Part shown: piece after piece, positions 19,389-28,951 of the stretch
Numbering within the stretch: the stretch's first letter is position 1
How the letters are laid out: each line of letters opens with the position of its first letter
Source of the DNA: a virus
Direction: 5' to 3' (one strand)
Virus record (IMG/VR): IMGVR_UViG_3300013126_000011
DNA length: 64,000 nt
Program-made: the position numbers and the translations under genes
The notes under the pieces: generated by a model
Told to the model about the DNA's origin: nothing
The model's input: the letters and a program-made list of their open reading frames with translations, nothing else
Database searches by the model: none

Positions 19389-20783
19389 ATGACTCTTTCT
19401 CCAAATCAAGATGATTTTTCGCGATATGGAAAGCACTTTCAAGAGACTTTAGCGTTTCTGCTGCTCAGAGATCGAACATTTTGTGATCGTATGAGTGAGG
19501 TAATCAAAGAAGATTATTTTGAGACAAAATATCTAAAGGTATTTTCGAATATTCTGTTGTCTTATCGAGAAAAATATAAGACCCATCCATCAATTGATAC
19601 AATGACAACCTTGCTTCGTACTGCTCCAGAAATTGAGGTAGAAACAGAAGTTGTACAAAAACAAGTAAGAGAATTCTTTGCCAGAGCATATACAGAGAAC
19701 ATAGCTGATGATGCTCAGTACGTGATGGATACAGCAATTGATTTTTGTCGTCGCCAAATTGTCAAAGAAGCAATGCTCAAGTCAATCAAACTTGTTCAGA
19801 CAAGCAGTTTCGATGAAGTAAGTAAAGTTTTGAATGATGCTCTCAAGGCTGGTGGAGATCAAGATGATACATATGATTATTTGCTTGATCTAGAGAAGAG
19901 ATTTGAGGAAAACGCTCGTTCTTGTATTTCAACCGGTTGGAAGCCTGTCGATGTCATTTTGGGTGGAGGAATTGCCAAGCAAGAACTAACGATTGTTCTT
20001 GCAAGAACGAATGTTGGCAAGAGCTTTGTGCTGGTGCATTTGGGAGCACAAGCATTACTAACAGATCTGGATGTAGCACATTATTGCCTTGAAATGTCAG
20101 CAGAAAACACTGCTTTGCGTTATGATAGCTTGCTGACTGATATTCCAATGAACGATCTGAAGAGTGAAAAAGAGGTCGTAAGAGGAATCGTAAGCAATAT
20201 TAAGGGAAAGCTTGTTCTCAAGACTTATCCAACCAAATCTGCTACAACTCAGACAATTCGCAATCATCTTGAACGTCTTAAGATGCGAGGATTCAAGCCA
20301 GATGTTGTTGTAGTAGATTATGGCGATCTTTTGAAGAGTTTGCATCCAAGCAAAGAAGCTGTTAGACACGATCTTTCTAGTATCTTTGAAGAATTGAGAC
20401 AGATTGCTCAAATTTATGATTGTGCTGTCGTAACAGCTAGTCAATCCAATCGAAGTGCCAGTTCTGATGATTTGGTAACGATGGAATCGATTGCTGAATC
20501 ATATGGTAAGGTGTGGTGCGCCGATACGGTATTGAGCCTTTCCAGAAATCAACAAGAAATGGAAACCAACTCTGGTAGGCTCTATATTGCCAAGTCTAGA
20601 TCTGGTAGAGCAAATGTGGTATTTCAAGCGTTTATTGATTGGAGTCGTGCAAAAATTCAAGTGTTTGATCGAGAACAAAGTGTTGCTGCTAGCGCACAAA
20701 CATCACTAGAACAGCAGAAGCTTAATCTCAAGAAAATCTATAGTGATTTCAGAAAAGAAACGAAGGGACAAACAACTAAATGA
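19389..20783 (+). CDS. Replicative DNA helicase (DnaB/T4 gp41-like)
   Basis: Walker A ARTNVGKS, LEMS, VVVDYGDL, TASQSNR, AKSRSG. Confidence 0.9.
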   Translation: MTLSPNQDDFSRYGKHFQETLAFLLLRDRTFCDRMSEVIKEDYFETKYLKVFSNILLSYREKYKTHPSIDTMTTLLRTAPEIEVETEVVQKQVREFFARAYTENIADDAQYVMDTAIDFCRRQIVKEAMLKSIKLVQTSSFDEVSKVLNDALKAGGDQDDTYDYLLDLEKRFEENARSCISTGWKPVDVILGGGIAKQELTIVLARTNVGKSFVLVHLGAQALLTDLDVAHYCLEMSAENTALRYDSLLTDIPMNDLKSEKEVVRGIVSNIKGKLVLKTYPTKSATTQTIRNHLERLKMRGFKPDVVVVDYGDLLKSLHPSKEAVRHDLSSIFEELRQIAQIYDCAVVTASQSNRSASSDDLVTMESIAESYGKVWCADTVLSLSRNQQEMETNSGRLYIAKSRSGRANVVFQAFIDWSRAKIQVFDREQSVAASAQTSLEQQKLNLKKIYSDFRKETKGQTTK

Positions 20784-21067
20784 GCAGTACAGTTATGTTG
20801 ACGTTGGAATCTGGTCAAATTGTTGATGATAATCCGATGAAAAGTTTAAGGATTACGCTTAATCGAAAATTAAAGGCTCGATGTCCACATGAAAACTGTA
20901 ATGTTGATGGCAACTCAGCAATTGCTAAAGAACTCAAAGAAATGGTGGATGAAATTCCTGTCGAGTATTATCTTCAATTTGTTGAGAAGTCGATTAGAGC
21001 CAACAAAGAATATCGAGAGCATCCAGAAGTAGAAAAGACAGATAGCTATACAATTGTGACATACTGA
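20780..21067 (+). CDS. Hypothetical protein
   Basis: Coupled ORF. Confidence 0.4.
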   Translation: MSSTVMLTLESGQIVDDNPMKSLRITLNRKLKARCPHENCNVDGNSAIAKELKEMVDEIPVEYYLQFVEKSIRANKEYREHPEVEKTDSYTIVTY

Positions 21068-21080
21068 AGGGACAGCTTAA

Positions 21081-22418
21081 ATGACAATTTTTGACAAGAA
21101 TGAGGTAAAAGCATATACGCTTGCTTACTTTGATAACGATTCTTTGGCAACTGATGTTTGGATGAGCAAATATGCTCTTCGAGATAAAGAGGGCAATTTT
21201 TTGGAGCTTTGTCCAGATGATATGTTTGCGAGAATCGCAAAAGAGTTTGCTCGCATTGAGCAAAAGTATTCAAACCCTATGTCGGAAGCTGAAATCTATG
21301 GTCTTATTCGTCATTTTCGATTTATTGTGCCTCAAGGTGGACCGCTTTATGGTATTGGCAACAATCATGGGTTAATGAGTCTTTCGAATTGTGTGGTCGT
21401 ATCACCTCCGAGGGATTCTGTGTCTGGGATTATGAATACCGGTCGCGACATTGCCAATCTTTACAAGTATCGTTGTGGAGTTGGAAACGATCTTGACAAT
21501 CTTCGTCCATGTGGCATGAGCGTTAATAACGCAGCAAAGACAACTACTGGAGCTTGGTCTTTTGCTGATTTTTTCTCCTATATTACTGGAATGATTGGTC
21601 AATCTGGCAGACGTGGAGCTTTAATGTTGTCTATGGGAATCAAGCATCCAGATATTGAAAAGTTTATCGATATGAAACGTACAAAGGGCAAAGTAGACAA
21701 CGCCAATGTTTCCGTTAAGCTTTTCAATGATTTTATGAATGCGGTGGTTGAAGATCGCGAATATATGCTATCTTGGAATGGATATGCAGAGCGAAAGGTG
21801 TCCGCAAAGCTTCTATTTGAGAAAATCTGCAAGGCAGCTTGTGATGAAGGAGAGCCGGGAATCTTGTTTTGGGACAACATTCTCAAGAGTGTTCCCTTGC
21901 AGTGTTACGCCGATGTAGGTTTCAATCATGTTGGTGTAAATCCATGTGTAACTGGCGATACAGTTGTGGATACAAATGGTGGTCAGAAAACAGTCAAAGA
22001 GTTATCTGACAATAAAGCTGTATTTTACGTTCAATCTTATAACGAAAAGACCGGACTAGTGGAACCTAAGAGAGCAACGGCATTTAAAACGAAAGATCGT
22101 GCTAAGATTTTGAAGATTAAAACGAAAGACGGAAAAAGTCTTCGTTTAACATCAGATCATCTAGTCTACACTAATCGTGGATGGATTAAGGCTGGCGAAC
22201 TTACAGTTGAAGATAAAATTTTGTCGATGCGGTCGAATGAATCCGTGTCACCTATTTATAATGTACACGGATTGGAGAACGAAAATGAAGCTATACAACT
22301 TGGAATTGGAAAAGAGCAAAATTCAGAAAATCAATACATTACTGGAAACAGTGTTTCCGAGTGCAACAAGCTTGTCGAACCATCGGGGGAACCGAAAAGT
22401 ACTTCGACAGTTTGTTGA
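21081..22418 (+). CDS. nrdJ: Class II ribonucleotide reductase N-fragment fused to split-intein IntN (Cys1 at 21945)
   Basis: SLSNCVV, GRRGALM, EPGILF, GVNP|CVTGDT (intein block A), LTSDHLVYT (block B). Confidence 0.9.
   Translation: MTIFDKNEVKAYTLAYFDNDSLATDVWMSKYALRDKEGNFLELCPDDMFARIAKEFARIEQKYSNPMSEAEIYGLIRHFRFIVPQGGPLYGIGNNHGLMSLSNCVVVSPPRDSVSGIMNTGRDIANLYKYRCGVGNDLDNLRPCGMSVNNAAKTTTGAWSFADFFSYITGMIGQSGRRGALMLSMGIKHPDIEKFIDMKRTKGKVDNANVSVKLFNDFMNAVVEDREYMLSWNGYAERKVSAKLLFEKICKAACDEGEPGILFWDNILKSVPLQCYADVGFNHVGVNPCVTGDTVVDTNGGQKTVKELSDNKAVFYVQSYNEKTGLVEPKRATAFKTKDRAKILKIKTKDGKSLRLTSDHLVYTNRGWIKAGELTVEDKILSMRSNESVSPIYNVHGLENENEAIQLGIGKEQNSENQYITGNSVSECNKLVEPSGEPKSTSTVC
22240..22277 (+). 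promoter_or_regulatory. Hairpin containing a late-promoter motif next to the endonuclease RBS
   Basis: AATCCGTGT (22240-22248) / ACACGGATT (22265-22273) flank CTATTTATA; GGAG follows. Confidence 0.6.
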
Positions 22419-23106
22419 TATTCCGGCGCTTGAAGTACATCGTTCAGAACTTAAAGTTTTGTTGTCGGAATTATATTTTGATAATCAGCTTGGATTTAAG
22501 TTGATTTTACGTGTATTGGAAAATTCTCATTTGTCGTATAGTAAACTGCGAAAGATTTTTGGGTATTTGGAAATAGATTTTCGTAAAGGTACGTCTGTAG
22601 TTACAGAACTTTTGCGAAGCGTAAGAAGTCAAAATGCGCTAGCAAAAGAGTGTCCCTTCGAGAATTGGCCAGAAAAACACCAAGATTGGCTGGTCGGTTC
22701 CTCCCGCGCAGCAAATGGATTTTATTATAATGCATCCAAAAAGAAATATGAATTTTTAAGAAGTAGTTATGAATTTGCATATGCAAAGTATCTTACTCTG
22801 GCTAACAAAAATTGGGGCGTCGAGGAAAGAACATATTTGTTGAATTCTGGTGCATATTATCGTCCTGATTTTTTCGTTTATGATCAAAATTGGACTTTGG
22901 AAAAAATCGTAGAAATTAAATCGATGTACAACTTTGAAGCGGCTCTAAGGCTGCAAAAATATTATGATTTTAAGCGGCAGTATCCAGAAATTACGACCGA
23001 AGTTTTGCTTGACAAGGAACTTTATGAGTTGATCGGAACATCTTATTGTAAGAATCTTCGGGAATGGAAAAGTGTTCGCAAGCATCTTGGGGAGATTAAA
23101 GAATGA
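22285..23106 (+). mobile_element. Free-standing PD-(D/E)xK homing endonuclease between split-intein halves
   Basis: RSSYEFAYAKYL, YRPDFFVY, IVEIKS; out of frame and overlapping both RNR halves; ATG 22285 after GGAG. Confidence 0.75.
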
Positions 23107-24749
23107 TGGTAGAGTTTATCGAGATTGAATCCATTGAAGACTGTGGCGAAGAAGCCGTATACGATTTGACTGTCGATGATAATCACAACTTTTTTGCAAA
23201 TGGACTTTTGGTGCATAATTGTTCCGAATTGGTATTATCCGCAGATGATGGTTGTCGTCTTATTACTATCAATCTTTCGTCGTTTGTCACTAATGACGAA
23301 TTTGATATGTTGCAGTTTGGGGAAGTCGTAAGACAAGCGCAGCGATTGTGTGACGATTTGATTGATCTGGAGATTGAAAAGCTTCAAGGGATTATCGACG
23401 CCAGTAATGAAGATGATGTTGAGCACGTTTTTAGTCGGCTAAAGAGATCTGCAATTGCAGGTCGCAGAACGGGATTGGGAGTCTTTGCGCTAGGTGATGC
23501 ACTTTTGAGAATGGGTCTAAGGTACGACAGCGATGAAGCTGTTGCTTTTGTTGATCAAATGATGAGTACGTTCAAGAACGCTGCATATATGTCTTCTGTT
23601 GCAATGGCAGAGGAACGCGGAGCATTTCCCGTTTGGGAGTGGAACAAAGAAAAAGATAATGAATTTTTGCTTGGGCTAGATCCCAAAGTTTATGAAAAGA
23701 TGAGTCAGGTTGGTCGTCGCAATGGCGCTTTGTTAACTATTTCTCCAACAGGTAGTGTAGCCATTGAAGCGAGAACAACATCAGGCATTGAACCAGTGTT
23801 TAGATTGGAATATGATCGTCGCAAGAAGCTTAATCCGGGTGATTCGGAGGCTCCAGACTATACAGACGAAAACGGAACATCGTGGAAGCACTATAGCGTT
23901 TATCATCCGTATGCACAAGAATATATGGTAAAAAACGGGCTTACTGATATTGCACAACTGCCATCGTATTTCGTGACTAGCGATCAAATCGATTATCATA
24001 AACGCTTGGCCATGCAAGCGGCTTGTCAGAGGCATATTGATCATCAGATTAGTTCAACAGTTAATCTACCACGCGGCACTACATGGCAAACAGTACGCGA
24101 CATTTACCTTGAAGCCTGGAAGGTTGGGCTGAAAGGCATTACTGTTTATGTTGATGGGTCTAGAGATGGAGTGTTGCTTACGAAGGGCGAGAAGACTGAA
24201 GCAAAATTCGTTCAGTGTGAAGCTCCAGCTAGACCAGAAAGATTGGAGTGTGAAATTCATCATCTTCAAGTGAAGAGCGAAAAGTGGACAATCTTGGTTG
24301 GCATGTATGATGGAAAACCATATGAGGTTTTTGGTGGCTTAAGTAGCAAGGTGCAGCTTCCAAAGAAGTCCGATCACGGCTTTGTGGTTAAGCATGTTAG
24401 AAAAACGGCAAAATCAACATATGATCTTGTGATTCCCGTAGGCGAAGGTGAATTGGTCATTCAAGACGTTGTTGACGTGTTTGACAATCCGACCAACCTG
24501 TCTCTATGTCGAATGATTTCTCTTAGTCTTCGTCAAGGTGCTTCAGTTGAACGAGTCGTTGAGCAACTTTTGAGAAGCGACAAAGAAGCTGATATGTTTA
24601 CCTTCTGTAAGGGTCTAGCTCGTTGTTTGAAGAAATATATCAAAGATGGCTCTGTTGCTGCTGGTGATGTTTGTCCAGAATGTCAATCGAAATTGATTTA
24701 TCAAGGAGGCTGCGTCCAGTGCAGCAGTTGTTCATACTCAAAATGTTGA
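23103..24749 (+). CDS. nrdJ: Split-intein IntC (39 aa) fused to class II RNR C-fragment
   Basis: VYDLTVDDNHNFFANGLLVHN|CSE; ISPTGS, SGIEP, ISSTVNLP, GLKGITVY; C-terminal CPEC...CSSC Zn ribbon. Confidence 0.9.
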   Translation: MMVEFIEIESIEDCGEEAVYDLTVDDNHNFFANGLLVHNCSELVLSADDGCRLITINLSSFVTNDEFDMLQFGEVVRQAQRLCDDLIDLEIEKLQGIIDASNEDDVEHVFSRLKRSAIAGRRTGLGVFALGDALLRMGLRYDSDEAVAFVDQMMSTFKNAAYMSSVAMAEERGAFPVWEWNKEKDNEFLLGLDPKVYEKMSQVGRRNGALLTISPTGSVAIEARTTSGIEPVFRLEYDRRKKLNPGDSEAPDYTDENGTSWKHYSVYHPYAQEYMVKNGLTDIAQLPSYFVTSDQIDYHKRLAMQAACQRHIDHQISSTVNLPRGTTWQTVRDIYLEAWKVGLKGITVYVDGSRDGVLLTKGEKTEAKFVQCEAPARPERLECEIHHLQVKSEKWTILVGMYDGKPYEVFGGLSSKVQLPKKSDHGFVVKHVRKTAKSTYDLVIPVGEGELVIQDVVDVFDNPTNLSLCRMISLSLRQGASVERVVEQLLRSDKEADMFTFCKGLARCLKKYIKDGSVAAGDVCPECQSKLIYQGGCVQCSSCSYSKC

Positions 24750-24811
24750 ACTTCACATCTTAGGCATCTTGCATAACCAACTTATTCGATCTCTTTAGTC
24801 TCTTCTAGCCT

Positions 24812-24820
24812 CTATTTATA
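24812..24820 (+). promoter_or_regulatory. Putative late promoter of the paralog array
   Basis: CTATTTATA upstream of GGAGG and TTG 24850. Confidence 0.55.
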
Positions 24821-24849
24821 TCAGAAATTCTCACCTCGGAGGCTTCTTC

Positions 24850-26487
24850 TTGTCTACAATCTTTTCAGAACGTAAATGGCGTGCCTATCTTGGCGAAATG
24901 CGTCAAGAATATATCGATCAAGTTGCTTCTTCAGATAAACGAATGATGCAAGGTCATCATGCTTTTGATAACCTGTTCGGAAAGCATTGGCGAATCGTTA
25001 TTCCTTCTTCAATGAAATGGAATGATTTCTCTCACACGTATCTTGCAACAATGGGATATGCTTGGTTGTCAGATATGAAGTCGTTTATCGAAGATCGATA
25101 CATGGGAGGCAACGTAGCCAAACTAGACATTGACAACAAGCTGGTTAAAGTCAAGAAAAAGGGTGTCAACCCAAAAAACAACATGCCTTTTGAGCAAGTT
25201 GTCGATATGAGGATCAATAAGTTCTTTGCAATGGCAGCATCAGAATATGAGAAGAAAGCGCAGCAGATCGAGAAAGAAACAGAAGCCAATCCACCAACTA
25301 ACAATCAGCAACTAAAGAATCGAAAAGAACTTGCCGAAGACGCTAGAGCTTTTGTATATGGCTGTGAATATCATTCAAAACGTTGGGAAAAGCGAGCACA
25401 TCTAATTCAGAACGCTATAATCATCATTTCCAGGCATCCTGTTGATGTTCTTCGAATGAGCGATGTCGGCAATGGTACTCATTTTAGATCTTGCCATTCT
25501 CAAGGTGGCGATTACTTTGAATGTGCCATTGAAGAAGCTCAAGGTCACGGATTTGTTGCTTATTTGGTTGACAAGAAAGAGTTCGATAAAATCAAAGACA
25601 AAATAGATTCCTATCAAGAGATCTTTTCAGATACTCAACGTGATGTGCCAGGGATTTCAGCGATTTCAAGAGCAAGAGCAAGAGAATTTTATAGCAAGAA
25701 AGACAACTACTCGATTGCTCTGCCAGAAGAGAAAATGTACGGTACAAAGATCGACAGTTTTAAGAGAGATTTTGATAGTTGGCTGCATTCTGTTCAAGAT
25801 CCTCAACTACCAAAAAATCTGAATCCAAACGATTTTGAACTGTTGGGTGGAGAATATTCAGATGCAAGAACAAATAACGCTGAAGTTGGGCTATTGAAAT
25901 TGTTCCAAGATTATTTTCCAGATCGAAGATATCGCAATAACGATGAATATATTAATGATTTTGGTGACGATAGAAACATTCGAATGTTGCAAGATGAAGC
26001 TTATGCGATTGAAAAAAAGTATTTGTTGGATTCTAAGGAGATGGAAGAAATTCGACCATTGCGTATTTTAGAGTCGGTACAGAATATTTCAAAATATAGA
26101 GCAATTGATAAAAGAAAACGCAAAACAGTTGTTTTTGCAATGCCGTTATATCGAATTTCAACAAAACTATTTGTCGAATATTGCAAAAATAATAACATGC
26201 GAATGCCAAATGTCGGCGGCTTTTTGTCTTTTGGTGATAAGTCTTTTGGTGATAGGTTTGATGCGCGGGTTATGTATTATACTGCAAATCCTATCATTGA
26301 ACTTCAATTTTTGTCGCCTCGTACTTGTCCAAAAACTTCAGAACATGATGTTGGCACTGCATTTAATATGGAAGAAGCTCGATGCATCTTGAGTGAGTTT
26401 GAGAAGAATCTGCAAGAATTGCAACAGTTGGGCGATGGCAATATTGTTGCTGGTATATTCAAAGCCTTGTTGAATGGCTCGAAATAA
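24850..26487 (+). CDS. Paralog family member 2
   Basis: ISRHPVDVLRMSD...SCHSQGGDYFECAIEEAQGHG; N-terminal YLGEM. Confidence 0.75.
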   Translation: MSTIFSERKWRAYLGEMRQEYIDQVASSDKRMMQGHHAFDNLFGKHWRIVIPSSMKWNDFSHTYLATMGYAWLSDMKSFIEDRYMGGNVAKLDIDNKLVKVKKKGVNPKNNMPFEQVVDMRINKFFAMAASEYEKKAQQIEKETEANPPTNNQQLKNRKELAEDARAFVYGCEYHSKRWEKRAHLIQNAIIIISRHPVDVLRMSDVGNGTHFRSCHSQGGDYFECAIEEAQGHGFVAYLVDKKEFDKIKDKIDSYQEIFSDTQRDVPGISAISRARAREFYSKKDNYSIALPEEKMYGTKIDSFKRDFDSWLHSVQDPQLPKNLNPNDFELLGGEYSDARTNNAEVGLLKLFQDYFPDRRYRNNDEYINDFGDDRNIRMLQDEAYAIEKKYLLDSKEMEEIRPLRILESVQNISKYRAIDKRKRKTVVFAMPLYRISTKLFVEYCKNNNMRMPNVGGFLSFGDKSFGDRFDARVMYYTANPIIELQFLSPRTCPKTSEHDVGTAFNMEEARCILSEFEKNLQELQQLGDGNIVAGIFKALLNGSK

Positions 26488-26500
26488 AGGAATTGTTGGA

Positions 26501-28951
26501 ATGACAGAAAGTAAGCGAGTTTTATCAGAGATTTCAAGCAAGTTTGCCGATAAGGTAATTCAGTGGATGAAGTATTCTGCTCCATCAGAATTTCCATTTG
26601 ATTATCTATTTGGAGAAAATAAGTGGCGAATCTTGGTGCCATACAAAAATGAAAAAGTTGATATTGCAACGCTATACGATCCTAAGAATACGAAAGGTTA
26701 TCCGGTAGAGATCGTTTTGATCAACAATTTGGCTCGTATGAACATGTTCGCTGTAGATTACAAAGAAGGCACAGTTCTTAAAGAGTACATGAAATTGAAC
26801 CCCAAAGACAACAAACAGTATCCGTCAAAAGAGAAGTTTACGATTGGAACCTATCTTAATCGAATTCTGAAGACATATAACAAAATGTCTGATGAACAAA
26901 AGATTGAATTTTTCGATAAGTTGGCAACTGAGTGCGGAGAAGGAATGAAATACTTTTCAGCCAGAGAAGTCTACGATTCGAATCTTGGGGAACATATCAT
27001 CAAAGTTTTGCCACCAGAAGAAATTTGGCAAAAGATTCACGCGACAAAGCTGTTCGAAGTCTTGTTTGGCAAAAAGAAGGCTGACGCCGCTCCAGAAACC
27101 GAAAAAGACGCTCCAGATATTTTGAATTGGTGGAATCAAAACAGCTTTAGATATATGGGAGAAAATGCAGACAAAAAAGATATTAATCAGAATTACGTAA
27201 TGATGGTTTCTCGGCATCCTCTTGATGTAATGAGAATGAGTGATTGGAGCAAATTAAAATCTTGCCACGCTGAAGGAAATTCATATTTTTACTGTGCTCT
27301 TCAGGAAGCTCAAGGGCATGGACCGATTGTATGGCTTATTGATCGAAGCACGGCAGATTATATTGAAAAGAACGATTTATTGCAAGTTGATGAGATCTTC
27401 CGAGATCCAGAACGCAATGTAGGTTATAAGAATGATGCTGGAGTTTCATTGGCACCACTAGGACGAGTAAGACTAAGAGAATTTTACAATCGTTATGATT
27501 ACTATTCGATTGCTCTACCAGAAGGCAATACGTATGGTTTGGGATACGGAGAAGAGTCACGTAAATTTCTCAATAACGTATATCGATGGTTGCATGAAGT
27601 TCAAGATCCAGTACTGCCAGAAGGTCTTTTGCGGACAGACAAGATCGACATGTCACAATTTTCTCTGTATGGTGGAGAATACGAAGATTCTGATGCCAAA
27701 GAATATTTTCAAAAATACTTTTCTGAAGCTTCAATTGAAGGTCATTATCGCAATGAACCAGAAGAAAACTTAGGATCTGGAATCGAGTTTGATAAAGAGT
27801 ATATTGATGTTCAAATTAGACAATTTGAAAAAAACTCAAATATGTTCAGTCTTGGCTTTACAATCGAAGACAGTGGAGATGACAGCGGTTATATAAGTTA
27901 TTGGGCATTTTGGAGAGTAGAGATATTATTCGAGAGTATGCCAAGTGTCGAGTTAGACAAAGAATATTTTCAAAGTTGGGCTGGAGACTATAAAAAACAA
28001 AGTGATTTAGCTAGAAAGTTAAACGCTGGTCCGTTGAGCTTTCGACCAGAAGAGCTTGAAGTCGAAGAAGTATATGGCGATAAGGGACTAGACGACAAAG
28101 GCGAGACAATTGGGTTAGTTTTCAAAGGTTATGTCGAGATTGATCCAGAATATGAGCAAGAAGATGGAAGAATCGATTCTGTTATTGCCGGTTTGAAATA
28201 TGATGATCGCAAATATGACGAGACAATTGAATTTTTGACTGAATATTTGCTTGACGAAGGCATTTTGGTCGATAAGCGTTCTTATTCTGAAGAATTAATT
28301 GAAACTCTTCGAAGCTTTAAGATCGAATCAGAAATGATCGCGAACGGTTCTCCAAATGCTGTGCGAGCAAATATTGAGTTGGTGCCAATTACGTTTCCCG
28401 TGAAGATGCTGCCAAAGAAATTCATCAAGCGTCTTGTACAAAGAGTAACTGTAGAAGGTCTTGGTACTGCCAGACTGAAGATTGATCCAGAAGCTAAACA
28501 AAAGATTCGTTCACTAGCTTTTAAATTGCTCAAGAATTATCTTGAACATGATATGGTAAATTTGCGAGAAGATGAACCACTTAGCACTTCCGTATATGAA
28601 GTGTTGCTTTCAAATACGACTCCAAGGAACAGAGAAACGGCAAAACAAAAGCTAGTCGAATTGGTCAATTCGAATGCCGAAGCCTTTGGAGAAAAAGGTC
28701 TAAAGTTTCAATGCTCATTGGGAGAAGTCGGACATAAGGTAATTCTATCAATTCGTTCTGTGATCAACAGCAGAAATGCAGAAGGCATCAAAGAACTAGA
28801 TGCAAGTTATGACCAATTTGCTGACAGTATTTTTCAGAACATTTATGACTCGATTATTAATGAAAGTTTGGTTGACGAATTGGGAAACAAGATTATTCGT
28901 CAAATGCATGCTCGACTGAGAAGACTGCCAGATGGAAAGTATATAAATTAA
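26501..28951 (+). CDS. Paralog family member 3
   Basis: VSRHPLDVMRMSD...SCHAEGNSYFYCALQEAQGHG; N-terminal VLSEI; start taken as ATG 26501. Confidence 0.75.
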   Translation: MTESKRVLSEISSKFADKVIQWMKYSAPSEFPFDYLFGENKWRILVPYKNEKVDIATLYDPKNTKGYPVEIVLINNLARMNMFAVDYKEGTVLKEYMKLNPKDNKQYPSKEKFTIGTYLNRILKTYNKMSDEQKIEFFDKLATECGEGMKYFSAREVYDSNLGEHIIKVLPPEEIWQKIHATKLFEVLFGKKKADAAPETEKDAPDILNWWNQNSFRYMGENADKKDINQNYVMMVSRHPLDVMRMSDWSKLKSCHAEGNSYFYCALQEAQGHGPIVWLIDRSTADYIEKNDLLQVDEIFRDPERNVGYKNDAGVSLAPLGRVRLREFYNRYDYYSIALPEGNTYGLGYGEESRKFLNNVYRWLHEVQDPVLPEGLLRTDKIDMSQFSLYGGEYEDSDAKEYFQKYFSEASIEGHYRNEPEENLGSGIEFDKEYIDVQIRQFEKNSNMFSLGFTIEDSGDDSGYISYWAFWRVEILFESMPSVELDKEYFQSWAGDYKKQSDLARKLNAGPLSFRPEELEVEEVYGDKGLDDKGETIGLVFKGYVEIDPEYEQEDGRIDSVIAGLKYDDRKYDETIEFLTEYLLDEGILVDKRSYSEELIETLRSFKIESEMIANGSPNAVRANIELVPITFPVKMLPKKFIKRLVQRVTVEGLGTARLKIDPEAKQKIRSLAFKLLKNYLEHDMVNLREDEPLSTSVYEVLLSNTTPRNRETAKQKLVELVNSNAEAFGEKGLKFQCSLGEVGHKVILSIRSVINSRNAEGIKELDASYDQFADSIFQNIYDSIINESLVDELGNKIIRQMHARLRRLPDGKYIN

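Noticed and set aside
21945-23219. Group I intron or sequencing frameshift in nrdJ (and likewise in dnaE)
   Set aside because: Clear intein blocks on both halves, separate start codons for the C-halves, and intact intervening nuclease ORFs
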